The translations under genes and the position numbers were made by a program. A model generated the notes under the pieces. It searched no databases. It was not told the DNA's origin and was given only the letters and a program-made list of their open reading frames with translations. A DNA stretch of 64,000 nt from Rebecca billardiae RCC1528 (lineage: Eukaryota > Protista > Haptophyta): contig OZ251229.1 of assembly GCA_965240325.2 (NCBI GenBank), positions 1,736,001-1,800,000 of the forward strand. The letters run 5' to 3'. This document shows positions 63,101-64,000 of this stretch, piece after piece. Within the stretch, counting starts at the first letter, position 1; each line of letters opens with the position of its first letter.

Positions 63101-64000
63101 TCGTAGTGCGAATCATCCGCGTCGGTGCCGCACTCGCCCTCGAGCTCGTCCGACGGCCCCGCGCGGTCCTCGAGCGACACGCGCACGACCGCCTCGCCGC
63201 CGCACGCGCCGGGCGGGATCGTGAGCGTGTACGCGCCCGCGTTGCTGCCGTCGAGCGAAAGCTCAGCCGGCGCGTACACAGCAGCGTGCACCGTGCTATA
63301 CGGCCCGTCGCCGTACGCGACGAGCAGCTTGAGGCTGATGCCGTGCTCCTCCGTGTAAGAGCCGCTGCTCGAGGCGACAAACGACCACTCGACGAGCAGC
63401 TCGCCCGGCGTGCCCGTGCTGCCGAGCCGCAGCCACTCGAAGCGGTCGGCCGACGGCTCGCGCGTACACGCCGAGCCGGGCAGCAGGTCGTAGTACGTGC
63501 GCGGATCGTCGGGCGCCAGCGAGACGTCGCCACACCGCGGCGGCGCGGGCGGCGAGGGCGGCGCAGGCGGTGGCGACGGCGATGCGGGCGGCGGCACGGG
63601 CGGTGCGATGTGGGATGCGGCGCCGAGGCCGACGATTGCAAATGTGCCCTCCAGGTTGTCGTAGTGCGAGCCCGCGTCGGCCGTGCCGCACTCGCCCTCG
63701 AGCTCGTCCGACGGCCCCGCGCGGTCCTCGAGCGACACGCGCACGACCGCCTCGCCGCCGCACGCGCCGGGTGAAATCGTGAACGTGTGCGCGCCCGCGT
63801 TGCTGCCGTCGAGCGAAAGCTCAGCCGGCGCGTACACAGCAGCGTGCACCGTGCTGTACGGCCCGTCGCCGTACGCGACGAGCAGCTTGAGGCTGATGCC
63901 GTGCTCCTCCGTGTAAGATCCGCTGCTCGAGGCGACAAACGACCACTCGACGAGCAGCTCGCCCGGCGTGCCCGTGCTGCCAAGCCGCAGCCACTCAAAG
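58570..64000 (-). CDS. Large Pro-rich type I membrane protein (5' end outside the window) with five 'YDNLEG' repeat domains, two PPC-like domains, a poly-Pro stalk, a juxtamembrane domain and a TM helix
   Basis: 1759-aa ORF open upstream; DTCGSSFDTYLRVY..AADDDGGCG..TYY.LVEG occurs twice; TM VVGIGVAAGVAALLCACACAALLWSW is followed by RKRRR. Confidence 0.85.

Overview
Very GC-rich eukaryotic DNA with short GC-rich GT-AG introns; the style suggests a haptophyte or similar alga (inference only). From left to right: (1) a giant secreted Ser/Pro-rich protein on the minus strand that runs off the left edge and is missing from the ORF track, whose long + strand Gly/Ala ORFs are its antisense shadow; (2) a secreted glycoside-hydrolase-like protein; (3) a tandem pair of Cys-rich VWD-domain genes; (4) an ankyrin-MYND gene with an in-frame TGA; (5) a 9.6-kb nest of four foldback DNA transposons at 20598-30223, each with long terminal inverted repeats (TIRs) and its own 7-bp target-site duplication (TSD), inserted into one another's TIRs; (6) neurochondrin-like and Polo-like kinase genes; (7) an F-box/RCC1 pseudogene, a fifth foldback element of 1109 bp and a Nudix gene; (8) an AXDND1-like coiled-coil gene and a PAS/PAC kinase; (9) a DUF218-like gene and an AMPK-beta-PX-PH-PH fusion; (10) a polysaccharide pyruvyltransferase and a homeobox gene; (11) a large Pro-rich membrane protein that runs off the right edge. 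The strongest candidates for undescribed biology are the self-targeting foldback transposon family and the AMPK-beta/lipid-binding fusion. All coordinates, splice sites and family calls were made by eye; no database search was run.
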